64,000 nt of DNA from an uncultured Pelagibacteraceae bacterium (lineage in GTDB: Bacteria; Pseudomonadota; Alphaproteobacteria; Pelagibacterales; Pelagibacteraceae). The translations under genes were made by a program, and so were the position numbers. The notes beneath the pieces are model-generated. The model searched no databases. It saw only the letters and a program-made list of their open reading frames with translations, and was not told the origin of the DNA. Location: positions 14,580-78,579 of the forward strand of contig CACLQI010000002.1 in assembly GCA_902608975.1 (NCBI GenBank). Reading direction: 5' to 3'. Of the stretch, positions 1 to 9,998 are shown in pieces (position 1 is the stretch's first letter; every line of letters begins with the position of its first letter).

Positions 1-305
1 ATAGATCAAAAGAAATGGCTCCTTATTTTCAAGAAGCTCTATTTTCATTAAAAGACATTGATGTAGTAGATAACATAAGGGGTTATGGAATGATGGGCGG
101 AATAGATATGAAAATGGATAAAAAACCTGGTGTTGCAGGATTTACTTGTTTTAAACACTGTTATGAAGCTGGAGTAAATTTTAAAGCAACTGGAGACTGT
201 TTAATAATAGCCCCAATGTTTATTTCTGAGAAAAAACATATTGATGAAATAATTGAGAAACTAAGAAAAGGTATAAATAATTACGCAAAAAGCAAAAAAA
301 ATTAA
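1..305 (+). CDS. Class III (omega-amino acid:pyruvate type) aminotransferase, C-terminal part; 5' end lies outside the window
   Basis: Frame is open to the window edge. NIRGYGMMGGI and ATGDCLIIAPMFISEKKHIDEII match the class III PLP aminotransferase C-terminus. Lies next to ald, which regenerates pyruvate. Confidence 0.75.
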   Translation, partial: RSKEMAPYFQEALFSLKDIDVVDNIRGYGMMGGIDMKMDKKPGVAGFTCFKHCYEAGVNFKATGDCLIIAPMFISEKKHIDEIIEKLRKGINNYAKSKKN

Positions 306-314
306 TTTTCAATT

Positions 315-1430
315 ATGAAAATTGGTGTTCCTAAAGAAATAAAACCACAAGAACATAGAATCGGTCTCACACCTGACAGTGTAAAAATATTAACCTCAAA
401 TGATAATCAGGTTTTAGTTGAAAAGAACAGTGGTTTTGAGGCAGGGTTTGATAATGAACAATATAAAAATGCAGGAGCACAAATTGTTGATAAAGCAGAA
501 GATATTTTTAATGATGCTGAAATAATTGTAAAAGTAAAAGAACCTTTATCAAATGAGGTAAAGATGATTAAAGAAAACCAAATTGTTTTTACCTATCTTC
601 ATTTAGCTGCAGCAAAGGAGCTAACTCAAGGTTTGATAAATTCAAAAAGTGTTTGTATAGCTTATGAAACTGTTACAGATAATAATGGAAGACTTCCTTT
701 GTTAGCACCTATGAGCGCTGTTGCTGGAAGAATGTCAGTCCAAGCAGGAGCACATTGTTTAGAAAAAAATCAAAAAGGAAAAGGTTTGTTACTTGGTGGA
801 GCGCCAGGAGTTAAACCAGGTAATGTTATAATTCTGGGTGGAGGTGTTGTTGGTGAGAATGCGGCAATTATAGCCACAGGTTTACAAGCAAAAGTTCACA
901 TTATCGATAAATCAGAGACAAGATTAAAGCAATTATCTGACATGTTTGGTGATAAAATTATTCCACAACATAGTGATAAAGTTGACTTAGAAAAATTAAT
1001 TTCAGAGTGCGATTTATTAGTTGGAGGTGTTTTAATACCAGGAGCTGAAGCTCCAAAGTTAGTAACTAAAAAAATGTTAAAAGGAATGAAGCGAGGTTCA
1101 GTGATAGTTGATGTAGCAATTGATCAAGGTGGTTGTGTTGAAACAAGTAAACCGACTACTCATGCAGATCCAATTTTTATAGTTGATGATATAGTTCATT
1201 ATTGTGTAGCTAACATGCCTGGAGGAGTACCAAGAACTTCGACACTGGCTCTTAATAAAGCAACATTACCTTTTTTATCTAAACTAGCAAAAGATGGTTA
1301 TAAAAAAGCTCTAAATGATGATCCTAATTTTTTAGCCGGATTGAATGTACATAAAGGAAACGTGACATATAAGGCTGTTGCTGATACTTTTGGTCATAAA
1401 TTTTTATCTCCAAAGGATGCGATCTTATAA
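315..1430 (+). CDS. ald: Alanine dehydrogenase
   Basis: [56 protein letters not shown]. Confidence 0.96.
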   Translation: MKIGVPKEIKPQEHRIGLTPDSVKILTSNDNQVLVEKNSGFEAGFDNEQYKNAGAQIVDKAEDIFNDAEIIVKVKEPLSNEVKMIKENQIVFTYLHLAAAKELTQGLINSKSVCIAYETVTDNNGRLPLLAPMSAVAGRMSVQAGAHCLEKNQKGKGLLLGGAPGVKPGNVIILGGGVVGENAAIIATGLQAKVHIIDKSETRLKQLSDMFGDKIIPQHSDKVDLEKLISECDLLVGGVLIPGAEAPKLVTKKMLKGMKRGSVIVDVAIDQGGCVETSKPTTHADPIFIVDDIVHYCVANMPGGVPRTSTLALNKATLPFLSKLAKDGYKKALNDDPNFLAGLNVHKGNVTYKAVADTFGHKFLSPKDAIL

Positions 1431-1870
1431 TGTACAGACCTTTACCAGATGGATTAACAATTAAAAATTCACCTATCGAAGGTTTAGGTTTATTTACAAC
1501 TGTCAATATTAAAAAAAATTCATTTATTGGTGTAACTCATATTAGAGACGAACAATTTGAAAACAAATATATTAGAACACCACTTGGAGGATTTTATAAT
1601 CATTCAAACGAGCCGACAGTCATAAGAATGGTTTCAGATTTTCTGCCAAGATTAAAGTTTGGAGATATAATAGATCCAAGCAAGACTGGTAAAAAGATAA
1701 AAGATGGAAAAACTGATAGAGAAAATATGTATTATAATTTACATGAAAAAATTGATGCAAAATTTATGTTCATGGTGACAGCAAAAGATGTCAAACCAGG
1801 TGATGAATTAACTGCAAATTATAATCTTTACACTTATCCAAAAACTGGTGTTGGTTTACAAATGTTGTAA
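1430..1870 (+). CDS. Small SET-domain protein (putative lysine methyltransferase)
   Basis: SET motifs SPIEGLGLF (GxG), FYNHSNEP (NHS) and PGDELTANY. Start overlaps the ald stop (TAATG). Confidence 0.8.
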   Translation: MYRPLPDGLTIKNSPIEGLGLFTTVNIKKNSFIGVTHIRDEQFENKYIRTPLGGFYNHSNEPTVIRMVSDFLPRLKFGDIIDPSKTGKKIKDGKTDRENMYYNLHEKIDAKFMFMVTAKDVKPGDELTANYNLYTYPKTGVGLQML

Positions 1871-1896
1871 ACTATATTTCTGATTTAACAAAGCTA

Positions 1897-4341
1897 ATGA
1901 AAGAAAAATTTCCTCAAAGCTGTAAAGTAGTAGTTATAGGAGGTGGTGTTATAGGCTGTTCTGTTGCTTATCATTTAGCAAAATTTGGTTGGAAGGATAC
2001 AATTCTTTTAGAGAGGGATCAGTTAACATCAGGCACAACTTGGCATGCAGCAGGTCTTGTTAGTCAATTAGGTCCAACTGCAGCAATAACTAAAATAAGA
2101 AAATACACATTAGATTTATATAAGGAACTTGAAAAGAAAGTTGATCACTCTGCAGGATTAAGATTAAATGGTGCACTTTCGATTGCACAAAATAAGGGGA
2201 GGTGGCAAGAACTTCAAAGACAGGCAACTACCGCACAACTTTATGATGTTGATGTAAGAATCTTGGATAAAGAAGAGATAAAAAAAAATTATCCAATTAT
2301 TAATACCGATGAAGTAATCGGAGGTATTTTAATGCCAGGTGATGGCGCTGCTGATCCTTCAGGGGTTACTCATATGCTTGCTAAAGCAGCAAGAAAAGAG
2401 GGGGCAAAAATTTTTGAAAAATCTCCTCTAGAAGAAATTTTAATAAAAAATGGAAAGATTTCAGGAGTAAAAGTTAATGGAAAAAAAATTGATTGCGAGT
2501 ATATAGTTTTAGCTTCAGGAATGTGGTCACGACAGATTGGAGAAAAAGCTGGAGTAAGTATTCCACTTTATCCAGCCGAGCATTTTTATATCATTACCGA
2601 ACCTATAGAAAATCTTTCAAAAACATTACCAGTGATAAGAGATTTTGATAATAGTACCTACATTAAAGAAGATGCGGGAAAAATTTTAGTTGGAATTTTT
2701 GAAGGTAAATCAATTCCCGCTTTTAATAGTACAAATGTAGTTCCTGAGGATTTTTCTTTTGGAGAATTTCCTGAAAATTTCGAACATTTCGAACCATATT
2801 TAAAATCAGCAATTAAAAGATTTCCAGTTTTAGAAACTGCTGGAATAAGAAAATTTTTTGCAGGGCCTGAGTCATTTACCCCAGATACCAATACACTATT
2901 AGGAGAAGTTCCAGAAATCAAAAACTTTTTCGTATGCTGTGGTTTAAATAGTATCGGAATTGGAAGTGGGGGTGGTGTTGGAAAAGTTACTGCCGAATGG
3001 TTAATGACTGGTCATGTCAACGAAGATATTTTTAGTTACGATATTAAAAGGTTTCAAAAATTTCATTCAGATTTAGGATTTATTAAAAAAAGGATAACAG
3101 AAACTTTAGGCGATCTTTATGGAATGCATTGGCCTTTTAAACAACATAAAACATCAAGAAATATAATGATCAATCCTTATCATGATGATTTAAAAAAAGC
3201 AGGTGCGTGTTTTGGTGTATCGGGTGGATATGAAAGACCAATGTGGTTTGCACTTAATAGTGATAAACCTGAGTATAAGTATAGTTACAATTATCAAAAT
3301 TGGTATCCATCAGCAGAATTTGAGACCAAAAATACTGCCAATAATATTGGACTATTTGATCTAACTCCTTTTTCAAAATTTGAATTAAAAGGAGAAAATG
3401 CTCATGAAGAATTACAAAAACTTTGTACAGCAAATGTAAAAAATGAAATTGGAAAATGTACATATACACAAATGTTAAATCCTGATGGAGGAATAGAAAC
3501 TGATTTGACAATAGTTTGTTTAGAAAGAAATTACTTTAGAATTATAAGCTCAGCAGCAACAAGAGAAAGGGATAAATTTCATATAAATAAATATTTACCA
3601 AATAATTTAGAACTAAAAGATGTTACAGATGATTATTGCGTTCTTGGAATATTTGGTCCAAACAGTAGATCGTTAATGCAAGATTTATCTAAAGATGATT
3701 TTTCTAATGAAAATTTTAAATTTGCTAACTCAAAGTATATTTCTATTGATAATATAAAGATATGGGCTCAGAGGCTTTCTTACGTTGGTGAGTTAGGTTA
3801 CGAATTATATTTAAAAGTTAAAGATGCAAAGAAAATTTATAATTCAATAATTGAAAAAGGAGCCAAATATAAAATTTCAAATTGTGGTATGCATGCAATG
3901 GATATTATGAGAATGGAAAGTGGTTTTTTACATTGGGGTCATGACATTTCACCAGAAGAGAATCAGTACCAAGCAGGGTTAAATTTTGCAGTAAGTTATA
4001 AAAAAAATATAGATTTTATCGGAAAAGATTCTTTAATGAAAATTAAAGACCAAAAACCCTCGAAACAATTTGTAATTTTATCATTAAAAAATTCTAAACC
4101 TGGTGAACCGCTGTTATTACATGATGAACCTATTTATTTAGAAGATAAGATAATTGGACAAACTACTTCTGGAAACTACTCATTTAACTTTAAAAAAAAT
4201 ATATCTTTTGGATATATTAACTCAAATAATTCAATAGAAGATATTAAGAACAAAAAACTATTTATCGAAGTAGAAAAACAGAAATATGCTGTAAATTTAG
4301 AATTAAAACCTTTAAAAGATAAAACTATAAAGTTTGCTTAG
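1897..4341 (+). CDS. FAD-dependent oxidoreductase with GcvT domain (dimethylglycine/sarcosine dehydrogenase family)
   Basis: VVVIGGGVIG..VAYHLAK, SGTTWHAAG, GPESFTPD, and a C-terminal GcvT domain (SYVGELGYELY, RMESG..HWGHDI). Confidence 0.9.
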   Translation: MKEKFPQSCKVVVIGGGVIGCSVAYHLAKFGWKDTILLERDQLTSGTTWHAAGLVSQLGPTAAITKIRKYTLDLYKELEKKVDHSAGLRLNGALSIAQNKGRWQELQRQATTAQLYDVDVRILDKEEIKKNYPIINTDEVIGGILMPGDGAADPSGVTHMLAKAARKEGAKIFEKSPLEEILIKNGKISGVKVNGKKIDCEYIVLASGMWSRQIGEKAGVSIPLYPAEHFYIITEPIENLSKTLPVIRDFDNSTYIKEDAGKILVGIFEGKSIPAFNSTNVVPEDFSFGEFPENFEHFEPYLKSAIKRFPVLETAGIRKFFAGPESFTPDTNTLLGEVPEIKNFFVCCGLNSIGIGSGGGVGKVTAEWLMTGHVNEDIFSYDIKRFQKFHSDLGFIKKRITETLGDLYGMHWPFKQHKTSRNIMINPYHDDLKKAGACFGVSGGYERPMWFALNSDKPEYKYSYNYQNWYPSAEFETKNTANNIGLFDLTPFSKFELKGENAHEELQKLCTANVKNEIGKCTYTQMLNPDGGIETDLTIVCLERNYFRIISSAATRERDKFHINKYLPNNLELKDVTDDYCVLGIFGPNSRSLMQDLSKDDFSNENFKFANSKYISIDNIKIWAQRLSYVGELGYELYLKVKDAKKIYNSIIEKGAKYKISNCGMHAMDIMRMESGFLHWGHDISPEENQYQAGLNFAVSYKKNIDFIGKDSLMKIKDQKPSKQFVILSLKNSKPGEPLLLHDEPIYLEDKIIGQTTSGNYSFNFKKNISFGYINSNNSIEDIKNKKLFIEVEKQKYAVNLELKPLKDKTIKFA

Positions 4342-5285
4342 TTACTTTGTATTAAATTTATAATATTGCAAAAAAAACTTACCAGTAAGACTGTATTTTC
4401 TTTATGTATTTCGGTAAAAATTTTTAAATTTGTTTTTTTTGGGGTATAAAGTTTTTTTATATCAACAGAAAGTAATTTTCGTTTTAATAAAATATTAATT
4501 TTTCTAACAACCGTTGCTCTTGGTATTCCTGTTAATTCAGATATAGACATTGCATTAATTCCATTTGTACTTTCCTGAAATGTTTCTTTCATAAATTTTT
4601 CACGATCTAAATTTGCATTATCACTTTTAAAGCTTTTTTGTGTAGCGATAATTCCCCAAATATGCCATGTTTCAATATCAGAAAAAAATTTTTTCCAATT
4701 TAAAATCAAAGGTATCTGCATTTCAAAAAATAATTTCCAACAATGTGTAAAATTATTTCTTATGTATAATTCAATATTTTTAGAGTTTGTAATTTTATTA
4801 ATTAATCCATTTTTTACTAGAGTTTCTGTTAACTTTGCTAAAAGCTTTGATGCCTCAATGACCGATTGGTTAGGTCTTTGAAATTTAAAAACGTTTCTAT
4901 TTAAAATTATTTTCTTTTTACTTCTTTGTATAGCACCTATTTTTTCTAGTTCTAAAATTTTTCTTCTAGTTGTTTCTTTGGTTATACTTAATTCTTTAGA
5001 AATATTAACAATATTAAAGTTTGGAATTTCTAATATATTTTTAGCATAGTAAGTGTCAAAATCTAATTTAATAAAATTATTAGAATAAAATTTAAGAGTT
5101 TTGTGAACTAAATATATAACAATTAAATATTTATCATGATCATTAAATGACTTATAAGATCTTCTCATCCAATCCATTTGAAAGTTAAACCAAATTCTTG
5201 TTATTTGAGAATAATTCTTACTAATTGCGTTGAAGACCTGTTCTTCACTAAGTTGATTAGATACACTAGGTATTGATATTGCCAT
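4338..5285 (-). CDS. Hypothetical protein with two tandem winged-helix (HTH) modules; putative regulator
   Basis: Internal duplication: NIVNISKELSITKETTRRKILELEKIG and NAMSISELTGIPRATVVRKINILLKRK. Likely start ATG at 5285 (MAISIP). Confidence 0.7.
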   Translation of the reverse strand: MAISIPSVSNQLSEEQVFNAISKNYSQITRIWFNFQMDWMRRSYKSFNDHDKYLIVIYLVHKTLKFYSNNFIKLDFDTYYAKNILEIPNFNIVNISKELSITKETTRRKILELEKIGAIQRSKKKIILNRNVFKFQRPNQSVIEASKLLAKLTETLVKNGLINKITNSKNIELYIRNNFTHCWKLFFEMQIPLILNWKKFFSDIETWHIWGIIATQKSFKSDNANLDREKFMKETFQESTNGINAMSISELTGIPRATVVRKINILLKRKLLSVDIKKLYTPKKTNLKIFTEIHKENTVLLVSFFCNIINLIQSN

Positions 5286-5308
5286 AAACTTAAAGATGTA
5301 TATATCAA

Positions 5309-5352
5309 ACCCAATCTGGACACAATCCATTTTGGGTCTAACCCAATTTGGT
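5309..5352. promoter_or_regulatory. Palindromic putative operator array in the divergent promoter region
   Basis: ACCCAA(5309)-tc-TGGA-cacaa-TCCA-tt-TTGGGT(5337)-cta-ACCCAA(5346): overlapping inverted repeats that are GC-rich for this genome. Confidence 0.5.
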
Positions 5353-5407
5353 GAAAGTTTTTATTGTTAGAAAATTCATTTCATGATTAAATAAATTTAT
5401 TAAAATC

Positions 5408-5626
5408 ATGAGTGGAGAAAGAATTTTACAAACTGAGGAAGCTATTAAGACCCAATCAATTGGTAAAGTTTCTAATTCTTCACCTAAAAACCCTAGCAGA
5501 GTAGATATTAACAATTTGATGTCAAAAGTCAGGGAAGAAGAAAGAAAACAAAAAAAAGAAAACTTAGTTTTTTTTGGTTTAATTAGCTCAGTAATAGTTA
5601 TTACAGGAATTATAGCATCTTTATAA
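5408..5626 (+). CDS. Small hypothetical protein with charged helix and C-terminal transmembrane segment
   Basis: ATG start; VDINNLMSKVREEERKQKKE followed by hydrophobic LVFFGLISSVIVITGIIASL at the extreme C-terminus. Confidence 0.65.
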   Translation: MSGERILQTEEAIKTQSIGKVSNSSPKNPSRVDINNLMSKVREEERKQKKENLVFFGLISSVIVITGIIASL

Positions 5627-6076
5627 TTTTCTAAATTTCCAAGGATATACAAACTTCATTGACCACAAACCAAGCTTATTTTTTTTTGCGAATCGCTCAT
5701 CATTAATAAATTTTATTGAATATTTTCTATAAGCAAATGCATAACCGTTTCTTACCAAAAACTTTGAAAGACTTTTGCCATTAACAAAGCACTCAGCTAA
5801 AGTTCTTTTATAAAAATCTTTTCCTTCACTTACACACCTGGGTATTTTATTGCCGATTTTTTTTATTAATGCTTCTTTTGATAAAATTCCACAAGATATT
5901 TTTTCATCATTTTTAATACAATTTTGATTTAGTTCTGGTGCATCAATTCCTGAAAATCTTATTTTTTCATTGTTAATTTTTATAGTGTCCCCATCAACTA
6001 TTTTAACGATATCAGAAAAAACATTTTGAGTTAAAAAAACAACAAAAAACAAAGAAATTAATATTTTTTTAACCAT
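5621..6076 (-). CDS. Thermonuclease (SNase-like) family exported nuclease
   Basis: Signal peptide; IVDGDTI, IRFSGIDAPEL, KDFYKRTLAEC, LVRNGYA, GLWS. Confidence 0.9.
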   Translation of the reverse strand: MVKKILISLFFVVFLTQNVFSDIVKIVDGDTIKINNEKIRFSGIDAPELNQNCIKNDEKISCGILSKEALIKKIGNKIPRCVSEGKDFYKRTLAECFVNGKSLSKFLVRNGYAFAYRKYSIKFINDERFAKKNKLGLWSMKFVYPWKFRKL

Positions 6077-6155
6077 AACTCTTTGTTTTTTATCAATTTA
6101 TGAAATACTAATAAAGAACTTTTGACTATGAATAAAAATTGCAATTAAATTTATT

Positions 6156-7001
6156 ATGGAATTTGTAAAATTAGTAGGACCTTTCGCAATATTTTTTATT
6201 ATGTACTCATTGGGACTAAAATTAAGTTTTATCAATTTTGTTGATTTGTTAAAAAGTCCTAAAAATTTAATAGGTGGTTTAATTTGCCAATTAATTTTTC
6301 TTCCAATAATAGGTTTATTGATAGTCAGTTTTTATCCAATGCCAAACGAATTAAAGATCGGTATTCTTTTACTTTTATTATTACCTTCGGCTACCATGTC
6401 AAATTATGCCACAAGGCTAGTAGATGGAAATGTTTCGCTCTCAATTGCAATAACAACAATTTGTAGTTTGTTATGTATTGTAACTATTCCAATTGGCATG
6501 AAAGTTCTCTTTGAACTTATTATGCTTAAACCAATTGAAAACTTTGATGTTAAAGCAGTTAGCTTAAAAATTTTTATAATTATTACTATTCCAACAATGT
6601 TGGGAATTATAACTAATCGTTATTTTAACTATTTTAAGGAAAGAATTGTTCTTCTGTTTGATAAAATTTCTATGATACTTTTTTTATTTATTATATTGAT
6701 AGCTGTTTACCAGGAAAAATCTAATCTAGGTGGGTATTTTGAATATGTTGGCATTGTTGCTCCAATTATTTTATTTTTTGTTTTATTGGTATCAGTAGTT
6801 TTTACTAAATTTTTTATTGATGGCATTGATGCCCAAAGATCAATTACAGTAGAATGTTTATTACAAAATGGTGCAATGGGTTTTATAATAACTGCACAAA
6901 TCTTTAGTGAAATTTCCTATGTTACGCCTATTGCATTGTATGCTTTGCTGCAATATTTTGTTCTTGCATTTTACATTGCCAATATAAAGATAGTTAAATA
7001 A
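6156..7001 (+). CDS. Bile acid:sodium symporter (BASS) family transporter
   Basis: IMYSLGL, GLICQLIFLP, PSATMSN..T..VDGNVSLSI, SITVECLLQNG; multiple TM helices. Confidence 0.85.
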   Translation: MEFVKLVGPFAIFFIMYSLGLKLSFINFVDLLKSPKNLIGGLICQLIFLPIIGLLIVSFYPMPNELKIGILLLLLLPSATMSNYATRLVDGNVSLSIAITTICSLLCIVTIPIGMKVLFELIMLKPIENFDVKAVSLKIFIIITIPTMLGIITNRYFNYFKERIVLLFDKISMILFLFIILIAVYQEKSNLGGYFEYVGIVAPIILFFVLLVSVVFTKFFIDGIDAQRSITVECLLQNGAMGFIITAQIFSEISYVTPIALYALLQYFVLAFYIANIKIVK

Positions 7002-7032
7002 GAGTTTTTAGAAAAAGTTTAAAATTTTTAAA

Positions 7033-7917
7033 ATGAAAATATACGACTGCACTACTTACTATTCTGAAGATATGATGCTTGATTTAAGATTTAATATTTT
7101 AAATGAATATGTTCAAAAATTTATAGTAATTGAGTCAACATTTTCTCATAGTGGTAATAAAAAAAAATTAAACTTTGATATAAAAAATTATCCTAAATTT
7201 AAAGATAAGATTATTTATAAAGTGATCGATTATGAACCTAGCGATCTTTATAATGTTACAAGTAAAAGCCCAGATTACTTTAAAAGATTAAATAGCTTAA
7301 AAAGAATAGAGCTTTCTTACAATTATATGGAAAATGCTATTAAGGAAGCAAATGATGAAGATCTGATTATTTTAAGTGATAATGATGAAATTCCAAATCT
7401 TAATTCGTCATTATTCAAAAAATCAAAAAAAAAATTGATAATTTTTAAGCAATTGTTTTTTTATTATAAATTTAATCTCCTGTATGAAATTATGCCATGG
7501 TATGGTTCAAGAGGATGTAGAAAAAAAAATCTTAAATCATTTTCGTGGCTTAAAAACGTTAAGAATAAAAAATACCCATTCTGGAGAATTGATGCTTATT
7601 TTTCAAAGTTAAAAAATACAAATGTAGAAATAATAAACGATGGAGGGTGGCATTTTACTAATCTTAAATCTCCAGAAGAAGTGTATGAAAAAATGAAGAA
7701 TTTTGGACACCACGATGAGTTTGATATTAGCGGAATTACTCTTGAGGATGTTAAAAAAAAAATGGAGGAAAAAAAAGTTTTTTATAATCATTTTGCAGAT
7801 AAAGGAAGTCCAAATAAATGGAATTATGATTATGAATTAAAAAAAGCAGATTTAGAAATTTTGCCAAATTATTTAAAAAATAATAAAGAAAAATATAAAA
7901 ACTGGCTAGATTTATAA
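7033..7917 (+). CDS. Glycosyltransferase family 17-like protein
   Basis: MKIYDC...LDLRFNILNEYV.KFIVIES..SHSG.KK, IILSDNDEIP (DxD), GGWHFT. Confidence 0.8.
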   Translation: MKIYDCTTYYSEDMMLDLRFNILNEYVQKFIVIESTFSHSGNKKKLNFDIKNYPKFKDKIIYKVIDYEPSDLYNVTSKSPDYFKRLNSLKRIELSYNYMENAIKEANDEDLIILSDNDEIPNLNSSLFKKSKKKLIIFKQLFFYYKFNLLYEIMPWYGSRGCRKKNLKSFSWLKNVKNKKYPFWRIDAYFSKLKNTNVEIINDGGWHFTNLKSPEEVYEKMKNFGHHDEFDISGITLEDVKKKMEEKKVFYNHFADKGSPNKWNYDYELKKADLEILPNYLKNNKEKYKNWLDL

Positions 7918-8940
7918 ATGATAAATTGGGGAATAATTGGCTTAGGAAGAGTTTCAAATGAATTTGCTTTAGGATTTGATGGTTTAACAAATGCTAATCT
8001 TTTGGGTGCTGCAAGTAAAACTGCAAAACGTTTAATAGAATTTAAAAAAAAATTTAATATTAATGAAAAATACTGTTTTTCAAATTACGAAGACCTTATA
8101 GCCTGTGAAGAGATTGATATAATTTATATAGCATTACCACATAACCTCCATTTTCAATGGATAATAAAGTGCCTGAAAAAGGGTAAAAAAGTTTTAACAG
8201 AAAAACCTGCTACATCATCATTAAATGATATTAAAAAAATTAATGAAATTCTAAATAATAAAAAAATTTTTTTTGCCGAAGGATTTATGTATCGTTATCA
8301 TCCACAAACAAAAAAAATTATATCCTTAATAGAAAACAACGAAATTGGGGATTTAATGTCAATGGAATCTAACTTTGGTATTAATTTAATAGAAAAAAGA
8401 AATATTTTTGGATTTAAAAAAATTAAATTTAATAAGGAAAGTAGATTATTTAACAAGTCTCTAGCAGGAGGATGTATATTGGATTTAGGATGCTATCCAA
8501 CTTCTTTAAGTATTCTAATTGCAAAATTAAAAGACCCAAATAATATGGAAGTTGAATTGAAAAATTCAAAAATTGAGTATTCATCAACAGATGTCGATAT
8601 AGACTCTTATACCAATCTTCATTTTTCAAATGGATTAATATCTTCGATAGGATGTTCTTTTAAAAAAGATTTGGGAAAAAGCACAAAGATAATAGGCACT
8701 CGAGGTTCTATTATTGTCGATGATAGTTGGCATTGTTTACCAATGAAAATAAAAGTAAATGATAAAGTTATCCTGGGTGATAAACTTAAATTTTCAAATA
8801 TTTTTTCGTACGAGATAGAGTCAATAAGTAATTCTATTGAAAATAAAAAAAACGAACCTGATTATCCAGGAATCTCCAGACATGATACAGAAAAAAATAT
8901 ATTGATTCTAGAAAACTGGAGAAATCATTCAATTAAATGA
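7918..8940 (+). CDS. Gfo/Idh/MocA family oxidoreductase
   Basis: WGIIGLG, IYIALPHNLH, VLTEKP, FMYRYHPQ, GGCILDLGCY. Confidence 0.9.
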   Translation: MINWGIIGLGRVSNEFALGFDGLTNANLLGAASKTAKRLIEFKKKFNINEKYCFSNYEDLIACEEIDIIYIALPHNLHFQWIIKCLKKGKKVLTEKPATSSLNDIKKINEILNNKKIFFAEGFMYRYHPQTKKIISLIENNEIGDLMSMESNFGINLIEKRNIFGFKKIKFNKESRLFNKSLAGGCILDLGCYPTSLSILIAKLKDPNNMEVELKNSKIEYSSTDVDIDSYTNLHFSNGLISSIGCSFKKDLGKSTKIIGTRGSIIVDDSWHCLPMKIKVNDKVILGDKLKFSNIFSYEIESISNSIENKKNEPDYPGISRHDTEKNILILENWRNHSIK

Positions 8941-9965
8941 AAATTTTATTCATAACTCACCAGCTTTCAAATGAAACCGTAAAAGCCGGCTCTTATATCA
9001 ATAACATTGTAAGTGATATGGTTCTTCATGGTTTAAAAAGTGTTTATGGCAAAGATGTAATTGATTATCCTGGTGCATGGTACATGTTTAAAGATGAGGT
9101 AAAAAAAAAAACTTTTGATATTACTAATCTTTGGGCAAATGGATTTACCTATTATGATGAATTTGATAATTATGCCTCTGTAGATCGCTCTGATATAGAA
9201 AACAAAATAGATAATAATTATTTTGAATATATCATATATGGCTCAATTGATAATTCAAAAAAATATCTTGATAAAGCAATTAATTCGAAAAGCAAAATAA
9301 TTTTTATAGATGGAAGTGATAGTGCAAATTTAGAATTTTCAAGTAATAAAAAAATTTTACTATTTAAAAGAGAGTTAATTAAAAGATCTCAAAATATACA
9401 CCCATTAAATATATGCATACCTAAAAATAAAATTATAAAATCATTAAACAAAAAACCAACCAATCTATTGGCCCCATTAATTCCTTATCGCTACAAAACT
9501 TATGTCTACAAAAAAGAATCCGATTATTATGATATGTGGCAAAACAGTATATTTGGAATTGCTCACCCACCACCATGGGGTAATTGGTGGGAATCAGTTA
9601 AATATTATGAAATGCTCATGAACGGATGTATACCATTGTTTTTAAATCTAAAAAATTGTCCCGCAGACACTCTAACTTTACTTCCAAAAAAAGAATTAAT
9701 TGATATTTATAATAATTACTCTTGGATATTAAGTAAATATTTTCCTTTCACAATATATAGAAAAGAATATCTAACCTCTGACAAAATTATTTCATATCTT
9801 AAAAATTTTTTAAAAAGAAATTATAGTGCAGAAAATTTTATACAAAAATTTCCTGAAATTAATAACGTTAGGAATAACTTGGTTGAATATACAAAAAAAT
9901 ATTTAACAACAGAATATTTAGCTAAATATATAGTTAATGCAGCTAAAGATTTCTATTCATCATAA
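8937..9965 (+). CDS. Hypothetical protein, putative GT-B glycosyltransferase; paralog of 12447..13451
   Basis: C-terminal WWESVKYYEMLMNGCIP..L.NCP resembles the 'RxYE-GCIP' nucleotide-sugar motif of exostosin-like GT-B enzymes; glycan-gene context. Confidence 0.5.
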   Translation: MKILFITHQLSNETVKAGSYINNIVSDMVLHGLKSVYGKDVIDYPGAWYMFKDEVKKKTFDITNLWANGFTYYDEFDNYASVDRSDIENKIDNNYFEYIIYGSIDNSKKYLDKAINSKSKIIFIDGSDSANLEFSSNKKILLFKRELIKRSQNIHPLNICIPKNKIIKSLNKKPTNLLAPLIPYRYKTYVYKKESDYYDMWQNSIFGIAHPPPWGNWWESVKYYEMLMNGCIPLFLNLKNCPADTLTLLPKKELIDIYNNYSWILSKYFPFTIYRKEYLTSDKIISYLKNFLKRNYSAENFIQKFPEINNVRNNLVEYTKKYLTTEYLAKYIVNAAKDFYSS

Positions 9966-9998
9966 AATAAAAGTAGTATATATCAATACGAATAAGAT

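Noticed and set aside
1871-1896. Glycine or SAM riboswitch upstream of the GcvT-family gene
   Set aside because: The spacer is only 26 bp, and no riboswitch consensus was recognised here or in other intergenic regions.
5338-5652. 104-aa minus-strand ORF
   Set aside because: It is the antisense shadow of the 5408..5626 gene, overlaps the nuclease gene, and has no recognisable motif.
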